Assembly: GCA_964247055.1 (NCBI GenBank)
Contig: OZ176050.1
Coordinates: 7,564,001-7,628,000, forward strand
Direction: 5' to 3'
Source of the DNA: Paragordius varius
Taxonomy: Eukaryota; Animalia; Nematomorpha
Length of the DNA: 64,000 nt
This document shows, piece by piece, positions 51,801 through 64,000 of the stretch. The notes beneath the pieces were generated by a model that was not told where the DNA came from, made no database searches, and worked only from the letters and a program-made list of their open reading frames with translations. The position numbers and the translations under genes are program-made. Position 1 is the first letter of the stretch; each line of letters starts with the position of its first letter.

Positions 51801-54800
51801 CAACACACTATTGCTAAGTTGACACGACTCCGATAAGTGAATAGCCAAGCAATAATTTTATAATACATCAAAACGTCAATGACATAATTAACTCTTTCAT
51901 TGTTTTTAACGCTATTACTATATATTTCCCAGATGAAAAATACCTTTAATCAATTAAAACGATTTCCTATTTGAATGGACTAAAGAAACATTTTGATTGA
52001 CTGGAAAGTTTTAGAAAGAAAATCATCCATTAAAACAATATAATTTACATTTTTTTTGTGACAAAAAATGAAAATATAAGCATAAATCGTAAAAGTAAAG
52101 TACTTATGGGTGTAATATAGCTCTCAAAATTAACGCGACAAAGTTGAGCCGAAGGAGGATCAATGGCAGGACGGGTTACACTATCATAATAGATGTCGGA
52201 CATGAATCGTACAACACTAACACCATCGCCCCAAGCATGTTCCATATTTACGGCTGTTTTGCCTTCCGAATCAATTATTAATTGGAAGCTTTTATCGAAC
52301 CAGCTATAGATATAGCACATAAAATAATTTTGGTTCATTTATAGGAGTAATGATTTGGTACAATGTAAATTTTTACTGTGCAATAAATTTTATGATAAAA
52401 AATACAGTTTAGAGAGTCTCTTTTTTCCTTTTTTTATTGAATAGTAAGAACTTAAATTATATATGGACATGTGAAGGCTTTAACACTCGCCTGCCCAGGG
52501 CTAACTGTGATGATGGTAAAATTGCGTGGTTTCGGGGTTCGAACTCTGGCACGCAAGGTCAGAGTCCGGCGTCTTACCTACTACCATATCATCACGCCTC
52601 TAAAATCAAATTTCATAATACCTGTAAAATTAATATTAAACTTTTTCTATGCCAAATGTAACGATATTTTTTTAAAACATTATTTCCACTAATTTTGTAT
52701 ATAATGTGATCATTTTTTTCCACAAATTTTTAACATTTTAGGAATTCTTTAATTTTCTATTACAATATTTAAAATATTTTTATATAAATTACCGGTTAAA
52801 AGTAATCGCTTCCTGTGGGGCAAACAAAAATTGTCGGGCTAAGCTTAAGGCATTATCGAAATCCTTGTGTTTATTAACGTCAACATTCCTACAAGTCATT
52901 ATAAATAATTTTATTTAGAATTTAAAAAAGGGTTTTTACAATATATTATACATACATTGACTTTTTATCCAAACATAATACATAGAGTGAAGAATCAATC
53001 AAATTCAGCATTACACCATTTGTATGGCTGTGCGCAATCAAATCGTCTCGAAAAGCTGCCCATTCATTCCTATCACCTAATTATATTTATTATTGAGAAA
53101 TAAAATGATTATTTAAATTAAATACCATTTTTATCATATATATATACCCAATCCGGTCATTAAATTAACCAGGGGGGTCTTATCAACAGCCATATTTTCC
53201 TGTTCTTTGGTTGCCACACGTTGCAGGAGTGAATATATTACATGGATTGGTAAAAGTCTACCTAACAAGTTGTAAAAAATATGGTAAAATTTTAAATATG
53301 ATAGTGCTTTATGACCTGGTTTTTTCAAATATCAATTTTTTTCTTACATTGTTAAATTTTAATATACAAATAATTGGCTAAATTCGATATCATTTTCTCT
53401 CAATATATTTGATTATATTATTTACAAATTGGATTTTTATAAATCAGTGATTTTAAATAATGGTTTTAATTATTTATTATTCACTTATATACAAATAAAA
53501 TCTAATATCTTTATTTAAATATTTTTTTCGCTTTTAATAATACTTTTTATAGGACAAGCATATATGTATATATACAAACATTGACGTTTAATTAAATGGC
53601 TCACTATTATGATTTACACTATAAATTTTAAAAAGAGCAAGTTTCAATATGTAGATTATTGCAGAATACTTAGCCATGCAATACCCTATATATGACAGTT
53701 TCACGGCGTAAATATATTTGAAAAATCTGTAATATTTTAATTTTTTAATAATACATAATAATGAGCTCACTATAACGAACAAAATCATTTAAATTTTTAA
53801 ATAAAATGATATAAACCATCATTGTCATGCAGTTTGATGTGATAGAAATAACCGGGACTCACACCCACCAACAATGATGGGCGATTGAAATTTGTGGGAA
53901 AACTTTTAAGGCAATCTTTACCCAATTTGGGGATACGGGTACTGCAAAAGAGATTTTTATACTGGGACATATCCAATGGATAAGCGTTAAAGAGATAAGA
54001 TGTATAAAAGCTCATAAACTTTGGCGTCATTCTAATGGATGGAAAAGAAGAAAGGGTTTAATTAAAGTTGAGACTTTATTTGATTGGTATCACAAAATGA
54101 TAATAACCAATTCATGGTTATAAACAGTCATCATTACCACAAATGCGAAATATATATTTGGTAAATAAACTAAACAAATTAATGTTTGCCGTTGATAATG
54201 ATTCATAATGTTTGAATAAAATATTGACAACAATTATTGGAAACTTATTTAATTTTAAACGAACAGAATTTTTAAAATCACTAATTTTTTACACCATTAT
54301 ATCTAAATTTTAATCGGGTAAATGTTTGACATTTAGTCATAAATGCATTCTTAACCGGGCAGATCCCATACTATGGGTATTTAAAATAAAGTCTATGAAA
54401 AGGATTAGTACCACATCAAATATAATTTATTTCAGATTACAATATTTTTATCCTATAGAACACATTAACATAACACAAAAGATATGAAACAAACAATATT
54501 TTGCGCAATTTCTTATAGCTACATATAGTATTAAAAATGCATGTAGCAATGAAAATCACATATTCTGGGTTATTTATTAATTATACAAATTAACTTAAGT
54601 TACATATTATGCCTTATATGGATGTTCTTACTAATTATATATACTTTATATATAAAATATTTTTTAAACATCAAATCCTTATATATTAAATATGATTTAA
54701 ACATAATAACGTAAATATCCGCTATTATGGAAAGGTATTTGAATAACGTTTGAGGATTATTGTCTCTCATAGGCGCTAAAAACATACGACCTTAAAATAA

Positions 54801-55539
54801 ATGGCCTTTATTTAGAATAGAACAAAAAATATTTTTTGATGAAAAAAATGGTTGTTTAATACATAGGTAAGAAATCAACACGCGAATTTACTTATAATTA
54901 AATTAAAGCTTACCTACAAAGGTAATGATATAGTTTGGTGTCGCTATTTTGCGGTTTCATGTGAAATATATCAGGTTCCAAAGTTTTTTCATTGTATGAG
55001 TTCAATAATCTTAATGATGACATTACTAAATTAGCGGCCCTTACAATCTTACATTTAGTAAAAAATACTTGATGATTGTATGTTAATTTTTTATCATCTT
55101 TCATGCTAATAAACGGATTAGTATTCAAGGCCAACGGCCTTCTATCTTTCAAATAATAGGAAAACCATATATCTTTAATATAAAAGAGATGGTACCAGAT
55201 ATATAACTGCTATTTTTGCGTCTTTTATCATAATCATTTAAGAGTTGTTGGAGTCCTAAATATCAAATTTTTAAAACTTGGGCCACTGTCTTTCAAAAAA
55301 TCTGCAACAAAATTTTTCGTAGCATCGTGAACCTCCTGATTAGGTGCTAGAGCTTCTTGAGATTTCAAATATCTACTACAGGTTTTTTCTAAATCTGGAA
55401 CGGGTAAACGTGGGAGACTCGATTGAAAATGCAATGTAGGTATAATACTTCGTTTTAGATAATCAAAACGCAAATCAGGCTGACTATCCTGAATATATTT
55501 GCGCACAGAGGTCCTACAGAACCCTTTTACAGAAAGCAT
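48873..55539 (-). CDS. CPT2: Carnitine O-palmitoyltransferase 2, mitochondrial, 678 aa, 14 exons
   Basis: Exons 55539-55278, 55255-55196, 55172-55069, 55047-54914, 54031-53817, 53261-53148, 53076-52956, 52888-52793, 52303-52104, 51613-51444, 50586-50444, 50345-50266, 49928-49737, 49018-48873 (2037 nt, phase-consistent). Motifs [26 protein letters not shown], catalytic [49 protein letters not shown]. Basic N-terminal transit-like peptide. Confidence 0.95.
52465..52597 (-). mobile_element. tRNA-derived SINE-like element in a CPT2 intron
   Basis: The minus strand reads GCGTGAT...TGGTAGTAGGTAAG (A-box-like)...CTCTGAC...GAGTTCGAACCC (B-box)...ACCACGCA, a decayed cloverleaf followed by a non-tRNA body GTTAGCCCTGGGCAGGCGAGTGTTAAAGCC. 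A similar body motif occurs at about 12820-12850. Confidence 0.5.
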
Positions 55540-58216
55540 GGTTAACACATGCTAGAAATCAGCCGAATTTGCATAATACACTGCATGGGATGAGACCAAA
55601 TAATTTTTTTGACATTCATGTCAGCAATACTAATCTAAAGTTTTAAATTTGGTTATAATTTTATACTATACCTGTATTTATATAACAGAATAAAATTCAA
55701 ATTTTTTGTTTTTAAATATTTTTTATCTATATTATATTTATATATTTATATGATCTCTCGAAAGAGCGAAATATAATGTATTATATATGGAATCGTTGTG
55801 AAGATACATTGGGTATATTTTCGCCTTGCTCATGACATTTTAAACATAAGGGTCTTTCTTATTACGCTTATACAGGCATTTATAGCGCAAAATTTAAAAC
55901 GAGAGCGCATGATTTTACCTTAATATAACTAAGAGTTTAAATTATTTCAGCATAATTCTTGTAATATTATATTAATTAACAAGGATACGGTATTTTCGTA
56001 CCCCATCTAAGCTTTTAAACAATATTAACAAAGATGTTTTAGTCAATATTTTATTAACATTGTTTTTCTGTATCAGATAAAAGACTCATATTTTTGACAG
56101 TCTTTTGATTCATTGAGATAGCTAGAAATATCGGAAAAAAGTTGCCGTCATTTGCACTAGCCACCATTTATGAATTCATATTAATGCGCTTAAGAATTTG
56201 ATCAAGATAATTTATGGGTGGTCTACTACGTATTTTTCCATCGAATATCCAAAAAGTATGGAGGATTTGAAAAGACATTTTTTAAGATGTGGCTCAAAAG
56301 ACCCATTTAATCTATATATTATATTGTGTAGGCACATTTTTATTTTGTCCATAAGTTTGGTGTTCGAGACTTTATCAGTCCAATATTCATAATATAGCGA
56401 TAAAATTTTTAAGGCATTAATGTAGTTTATTTTCGATTGTCCAATTTTCAGGACCAATTTTACTAGGATTACATACATTTTACAATATGAAATCTTGTTG
56501 TAAGACAAGGAATATAAATAATGCGCGCAGTAAAAATTTTTTAAAAGCACAATTTATATTTATTTCGATTTGAAGTCCATATAAAATCAAAAGAAATTTT
56601 CAGCAGCTTCAAGAATAGGCGTTTTCAAAATATCTAAAAGAATTTGAACGTTTCCCCCTCGCCTAATGTCATAAAAACGCTTTAACGTTATTTTGCTAAA
56701 ATTTAAATATAAATATATGAATTTAATAATTATCAATGATATAAAATATTAAGCTTCCCTAGCCCATTTTTAAAAATTTGAGATTTTTAAAACCCATATC
56801 TTAATTTTTTTATAATATTAATATTGTTTTACTCTTAAATATAATCTTAATAATAATGTTTTTTGGACGAAGCATTTAGCGTTTACAAAAAAAAATATAT
56901 TTAATAATACTCTATACGCTAATTTCAGTTGGGTATGGAGCAATAATAAATCTCTTAAATGTACGTAAAAACCTTAACCAAACGCACTATAACAATCCTC
57001 CTTACATTTGTCCGTCATAGTAAATAGATTTCATCACAATATTTTTTAGCGAGTTTTATATTATACTTATTTTAATTGTATTAGGCGATGATAGAATTTT
57101 CAAAGTTGTGATATTTTTATCCATAATATTTTTTTATAGACGACTTAATATTTTGTAGTTTTTGAATTTTTAAATACATAGATTATCCATACCGAATATA
57201 TATTTAAATACGGGTTTTTTCTCTTCGATTTTATTAAATTTTTTACAAGCCATTTTGAGTTTTTTGTCATATAACGGATTCTGATATATTGACACAAATT
57301 TTTATAAAATAATAAATTATACATGAGGAAAACAAGTGTTGGCGGTAAAAAAAGGAAGGCGCAAATAATATATATTTATGCGCGCTATAAATTTTTTACC
57401 AATCGTTTCGCGCTTCAAACAAATTTTTTTGATAGATTAATATTTTTTATATAATATTATTTAAGCCCGCTTGTGGACAAATATATGCCGACAGATAATT
57501 TTAAAGCATTGAATTTGTCGGGAAGAAAATAATTAATAATCTAGAACTAAAAATTTTTATTGTAGCAACAAAATCAGATAAATGGCTTTGGGATATTAAA
57601 ATTAAATGCATTTTAAAAATGTAGTTTGTATACATTTAATCAATAAGTATAAAAATATTTCACGCTAAATTGTATGGTGTTTTTTAAAAACACGCCGCCG
57701 CCTGGTTATTGAATTACAGAGAAGCTTAACACAAATTCAATAAAGTTGTCCCAGGAGAGGAAACCTTATATATAGATTTTTTTGGTGTACATACATATAA
57801 ATGTTATATTTTGTGCAGTAATTACTTAAATGTTTCAAAAAATTCTTTTAGTAATCGAAGCAAAAGTAATAATATATATATATATATATAAATATTAACT
57901 AATTTTATATCAAATTCGTTAAATGCTGAATATTGGGAATTTACCTGAGATGCTAGTTTTGTATAAGGGAAGAGATCACCGGGCTTCTTTTTCTCTATCC
58001 AAGCGGCTGCTTATATAATTAGGAATATTCTAACAAATTAGATCAGTTTAATATAAATAAAAAATGTAATTTGTTTGACCCTATAGTCCAAAGAACTAAT
58101 TTTGTAATTTGCTCTTTCTGTCTCTCTTTAAAATAGATTGTTAAAATATTGTAAATTTACCCTTTTCTCTGCTTATAAACAATAGATATAGCCTTTGTAT
58201 GATGCCATTTTTATAA

Positions 58217-58797
58217 TCTAATATTTATAAAAATGGAAAATGCTGGCTTTGATCAGTTTCCGGAAAACCGGTAAACCCATTCATATCCAAATGTAAAAAA
58301 TAATCATTAATAAATGCCCCGACAATAGCTTCGCCCTTTTTTTGAATTAGGCCCCCAATTCGGGCCCACTCCGTGTAAAAAACGAGTTTTTTGAAAAAGA
58401 AGTCCACAAAAATCGCGTCTTTGAGATAATTTTCCGGAGAACGTGTTGGACCATTCAATTTCAAATATGATTTTTGTTTAGTTATTTTCGATTGCGCCGA
58501 ACATAGTCATCTCGCTTTTTTGATTTAGGCCCTCTTTTTACCTGCTCCCCCCGTAACATGCCATTTTTTTCAAAAAACAAAGTCCACAAAATAATTTTTT
58601 GGATCTATTTTTCGCCCGAGTAAACAATATATTAGTATGAATGCAGCGTTTTGAAATTCCTATGGATCATAGCTATTAAATAATGTTTAAAAATAATATA
58701 CATATGTGAATCATTTTATTGTCCCTTTTTTCAAATTGCCCCCCCAGAAGTCCGAAGGACTTCCTCGGGCTGCGTAGCAACACTAGATTTACGCTAG
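58217..58797 (+). mobile_element. Complete 581-bp non-autonomous Helitron, same family as 4179-4608
   Basis: A|TC start, CTAG|T end, the same GAAGTCC-GAA-GGACTTC hairpin. It carries an extra segment of about 120 bp (58620-58735) not seen in the other copies. Confidence 0.85.
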
Positions 58798-61398
58798 TTA
58801 TAAATATATATCAAACTGATTTTTTTTTCATTTTTCTGCATACAAAGTATAATACTATGATATTTCAAACTTTAAAAAACTTTTTATAATTGCCGATAAA
58901 ACCTACTATTAATAAATTATAAAGATTAAACAGTGAGAAGATATTAATGTTGTTGAAGCACACACGTTTTTAGCGTCAGAAGAGTCGATCTGGATTTTTT
59001 CTGTACATCCTAAATATCTTTTTGGACAAATTTTTTATGCGTTTTTGAAGATTAAAACTGTTAAAACTATAATTTTAAAAAATAAATTTGCGAGGTTGCA
59101 TGTTTATTATAAAGAGACATATGCCTTATTAGATCTCGGCCAAATATATATGAAATAAACTTTTATCGAAATTTACCGTGGAACCGAAATATTTTGGTAG
59201 GTCTGGATTCGGCATTTTGTAAAAAAGTTAAATTTAGGTTTTAAAAAAATATTTGCAAAAATTTCGATTTGATTTCGTTTTTTGAAATAATAATTCCAAT
59301 TTTGATTTTTTGATTTTAAAGGCTTAAACAACTAAAATATACTAACGATTCAATAAAATTAAATACCGGAACCTTCCGTATGGCGCGGTTAAAATAATAA
59401 TTTTATATTTTTTACATTTTTTACACAGTTTTAATCTTAGTTATACTAATATTACTTTCTATTTTATTTCTAGTCATATTAGCATTTATTTTTAAATTTT
59501 TTAGAGAAAAGTAGCATTAAATGAATTTGGTAGTTTATATGTTTATGTTTTTATAGCTGACCCTCATGATTATAAACATAGATTCGAAATCCAAACCACA
59601 CCGAACCAAAAAAATGATGGAACCTAACTCTTTAAAGAAAGTTTGATCAAAACAATTATGTGAAACCAAAAAGTTACGCCTCCAATCCCTATTTAGATAT
59701 TTTAGAATTATATAGCCACGTACAATAGTATTATTGTGGACAAGTAAATTTTGTTCTTTGAAAAATATATACTTATAATATTTGATTATATTAGATATAA
59801 ACTTTGAAAATATTAATTTGCATAAGTCGAGCGTGTGATATTTATTTACCGTTCTTCTTTTCTATATATAAGGGAAATACTTGATTTTAGAATAAATTAA
59901 AACCGTCGCACTATATCGATTTTTAATCGGCTGGGTTGTATTAATTATATTTTCAACTTTATTCAATCCATAAAAATAATTTAATTTCTTTGTCAAAATT
60001 TCAATTTTATTGTGTCATTGCAATCACCTATTGCTACAGACCTACTTTTTACCATGTTCTTTTCCAATGTGTAATGAATTTTATACATAATATGGTATCA
60101 GCAGAGCTTCTGGCTTTCATCAACCAGACATACCAGAAATATATTAATTATTTATGGTTCAGAGATATTTGTTGTGCTAACATTTTGTCTAAACATTAAA
60201 TTTTAGAAAATTTTTCAACAATTAAATCTCCTGTATATGTATGTGATATAGGTAATTGAATTTTATCAATATCAAAATGATTTTGAATCTAAAATCACCA
60301 AATCACTTTTGTTTTTTAATTAAGTCCATGTCAATAAAACTTTTTGAGAAAATATTTTTTAATGTCAGGTTCTTCCTAAAAAATAAACACAAAAACATAT
60401 TTAAAATTTATTAGTCTATTTTAGAGTAATATTAAATGCCAATTTTAATATTATTTAAATTTATTGAAATACAAAAGTGCTTGTTCGTTCATTCGATTGT
60501 GTATAATCGAAGCTTTTTACATAAACATTATTTAAATTTGCAATTAATATTTGTCAAAATTATTAAGATAAGTCAAGTCATTCTTTTCAAATGGGCTATT
60601 ACACCATATTTAATTTCATAAAAACTTGAATATAGAATGATACGTCCTATTCAATTTATATATTATAAATTAATTATTGGATGAAATACATGTTGATTTT
60701 CCTAATTAATTTGTGCTATTTGTCATTTCTGTTGATTTGTTTGTCACTTCTAATATCCATATATTATTTTGTAAATGGATTTCCCCCATTCACAATCCCC
60801 CTATGCATATATATACTAAATGCACAAAGGTATTAAAAAGATATTTATGTAGCTATTAGGTAGATAACACTAAATGGTACTTAGTTTTAGCCTAGGAGTA
60901 GGCATACACAGGTTTTCAGTTTTATTTTTCACGAATAATATATTGGATTTCTCTTTATGTATGTTTTAAACGTACGTATTTATTTTTGTAAATATTGAAA
61001 TTAATTTAAACATATCACATTTTTAGCCATTAAAATTTAACAAATTTATAAAGACATCTATTCATCATCCGTGTTTGTTTTTAATTTAATTTGTTTCGGT
61101 GATTTTTTGGAAGTTTTTTTTTGCACAATAATATTTACAATTTTTTTTTCATGAGTGGTGATTTTTGTTGCGTGTGATAGCAGACACACCATAAATTTTT
61201 ATGATTCATTAAATTTAATTATGTTTTAGCTGTAACTACTATCGAAAATAATAATAATACGCAGTGTTCTTTCTAACTTTGTAGCCTTATACATCAGCCA
61301 CACTATATAAATTTCTATTTAAACTAATCTAAAATCAAAAAAACCAAAATACAAATTTGTTTGTTGAAATTTTTGTGGACCCGCATTCCAACCAGACC

Positions 61399-61776
61399 AT
61401 GGGTAAGGGACAAAGTAAACTCAAACCAGAAGTGATTGAAGATTTGAAAGAAACAACTGAATTCTCCGACAATGAAATTCGTGAATGGTACCGAGGATTC
61501 TTGAAAGATTGTCCACAAGGTAATTTAACGGTGGACGAATTCAAAAAGATTTATGGAAATTTTTTCCCGTATGGAGATGCCTCAAAATTTGCTGAGCATG
61601 TCTTCAGAACTTTTGATTCCAATGGGGATGGAACGATTGATTTTCGTGAATTCCTAACAGCTTTGAGTGTTACATCCCGCGGTCGCTTGGAAGACAAACT
61701 TTCATGGGCATTCAGCATGTATGATTTGGACAAGGATGGTTTCATCTCTAAGCAGGAGATGTTGGAGATTGTTACG
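61399..61776 (+). CDS. Neuronal calcium sensor, neurocalcin/hippocalcin type: first coding exon (126 codons); the remainder was not found in the window
   Basis: [16 protein letters not shown] (myristoylation G2/S6), [67 protein letters not shown] followed by donor GTAATT at the family-typical position after codon 126. Confidence 0.93.
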
Positions 61777-64000
61777 GTAATTATATCAAAACGTTAACTT
61801 TATTATGATGGCATTTGTAACTTTTGACTTTTTAATATTATTAAAATTGTTTATTACCATATAGGTGAGATCTTTGGATTTTAGTCAAGTTTAAACATTG
61901 TGTTAACAATTTATTAAATGCCATGATTGATCAATAATAAAACTCATTTTAAACAACTTTTTGATCCATTAAATTGGATATCGGATTATTCTAGTCTTAA
62001 CAATTGATATTAGCCCATGTACCTCCTAAGTCTTACTGTTATTCTAAGTTTAATTAGGATTTTCACACTACTATTTAATGAAACTATAAAATAATTCCGA
62101 CTCACCCCTAAAACGGCTAGCCTTGCTTTTTTATAATAATTAGATATGATGATAAACTTTTTACAGTTTACAAGATTTAAAGAATCAAATTACAAATTTT
62201 TTTATAAAATATGTTGTTGTTCCCTGGAGACAAACCTAAAAAAGAGGCATGCAGGTTACTAAAATAATTATGTTCTAAAGTATGAAGAATTTACACTATC
62301 TCTTCCCATCAATCTTAATTATTGCGTTTAGTTAACATTACATAAAAAATTTACGGCATAATTTTGACATACTTGAACGAAGACCATTTTTTAATTTTTG
62401 AAAAACTGACTGATAATAATAAATCAAAAAAACTATGTTTGTTCTATATTTATGAGTTTCTGCGTTTGTGCATTACAACGATTCGTGACAAAATAAGATA
62501 TATATTTATGAAATGGCTCATGTGAATTTTTTTTCTCTAATTTCATATTTACAAATTACGAAAAATTTCAATTTTATTAATTCATAGGCAACTTTTTATA
62601 TTGGCTGGCTGTTTTAAACTTTAATGTACGAAATTAATTCCCCCACCAAAAAACAAGGGCTGTACAGCATGCGGCCCGCTAAAAAATCGGAAAATTACTA
62701 AATATATACCAAACTCCATAATTAAAAAAATTTTCTATTTACAATATCTTAGTAAAATTGCTACTTACAAATTTTTTGAATAATATTTCCAAATTTTGGC
62801 AGCGAACTAGCTAAAAGTTGTTAAATAAATAGTAGATATTATGTCTTCATAAATTCTTTTACAGTTTTATGTTTGAATTTAAATGAGATGTTTATTAATG
62901 CCGATATATATCTCGAATGCCGCCCGCCGCTTTTTTGAGTCAAAAATGCGTGAGAAGCGATTTGTGTTGGATAGCCTGGAACATACAACATTTATTCTTC
63001 AAAAAATTTTATTATCCAGAATTCAACATTTTCAGTTTTTACACATCAATCCTATTGCACATTATTTTTTTATTTTTGACGGCTTTCAGTCATTAACTAT
63101 AAAATTGGTCTATAGCGGTTACCCCTTTATAAGAATTATATAAAATTTTAATTTAAGAGAGTATGTTTGTTTGTTTTTCACCTAATTATACATATAATAT
63201 GGATAAAATATTCATGATGCATATACTAGTAGCAAGGAGGATTAAACTAAAAATTTAATATAACCAAAAATAATTTATCGATTTTTTATTAATGGATTTT
63301 TTTACGTTTTGTTTTGTTTTAATGAAGAAAGTTTAAATGTAAATTGTATGAAGTTCTATTTTGAAAGATCTACTACACACATTTAAAATATTATTGATTC
63401 TCTGTTTATATCATAATCCAAAATTTTGGGTAGGTGAGAGGGAGACTTATTAATTTTTTTCGCATTAATTTATAAATCTTTTAAAATCTTTTCACTTATA
63501 CTAATATGGATATTGCTTAAATTTTATAGAGTCATTCATGTATAATTTTTTTACAAGCTTATTAATAATTAATTTCGATTGAAGCCAATAAAATAAATAT
63601 CTTGATATTAGCAGTCAATGCCAATTTTAATTTCATCATATTATATCTGTTGCTATATTTTGTCAGCCAAAGGCCAAATGCAAAATTAAAAATAAATAAT
63701 TAATGAACACTAGTATACTAAATTTTAATCAGTTGTTCACGTAATAAGTATCAAAATGATCACCCATCTTTTTTTTGGAGCGAGATTAAAAAAGTTTACG
63801 ATTGTAGTAAAAGTATATTTTTTACGGAATTATTGATCAGGTAATAAAAATAATATTTTTGTATGCTGACTTATTTAAGGTGTACCAACTGAATGTCAAA
63901 TAGTCTGCATTTTTATCTTTTTGCTCATTTGACAAAATAATTAAACTAAGCCATTTTTACGAAACAGAAACAACTATAAAAGTAAGGAAAAATCAATCAA

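Noticed and set aside
52507-52597. Functional tRNA-Gln(CTG) gene
   Set aside because: D, anticodon and T stems pair poorly, and it continues into a SINE-like body.
56212-56550. 112-aa minus-strand ORF
   Set aside because: It overlaps motifs of the long-TIR MITE family (GAGCCACATCTTAAAA) and its composition is that of AT-rich non-coding DNA.
9128-61776. Non-standard genetic code or stop read-through as an explanation for broken ORFs
   Set aside because: GT-AG introns restore RPL15, CPT2 and PITPNM fully under the standard code; TAA and TGA both act as normal terminators.
59990-63143. ORFs at 59990-60199, 60436-60621 and 62883-63143
   Set aside because: No recognisable motifs; the last overlaps a hAT MITE fragment. 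The expected second neurocalcin exon (AIYKMV-like) was not found there.

Overview
AT-rich, intron-containing animal DNA that reads correctly in the standard genetic code. The taxon cannot be fixed from sequence; a fast-evolving parasite lineage such as Myxozoa or Dicyemida would fit the intron sizes (inference). Hand-spliced models give five recognisable genes: PITPNM/RdgB-alpha (+, 9128-21712, about 22 exons), a DHRSX-like short-chain dehydrogenase (+), RPL15 (+, 204 aa), CPT2 (-, 14 exons, 678 aa) and the first coding exon of a neurocalcin/hippocalcin. Five further genes are missed or fragmented by the ORF track. Four are co-oriented 3-exon genes spread over 22 kb that encode small secreted single-VWC (SVWC-like) cysteine-rich proteins, two with 8 Cys and two with 10 Cys; one ends in a NYDYYYYEYSY tail. 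The fifth is a 387-aa orphan coiled-coil gene split by six 22-25-nt introns. Eleven 21-25-nt GT-AG micro-introns are supported in three genes, while PITPNM has only introns of 67 nt or more. The rest is layered transposon debris: two Tip100-like hATs with exact 8-bp TSDs (one carrying an inverted decayed relative and nested Helitrons), a Buster/SPIN-like hAT, a non-autonomous Helitron family, long-TIR MITEs, an RTE LINE fragment and a tRNA-derived SINE-like element. All models are manual and untested against RNA data or databases.
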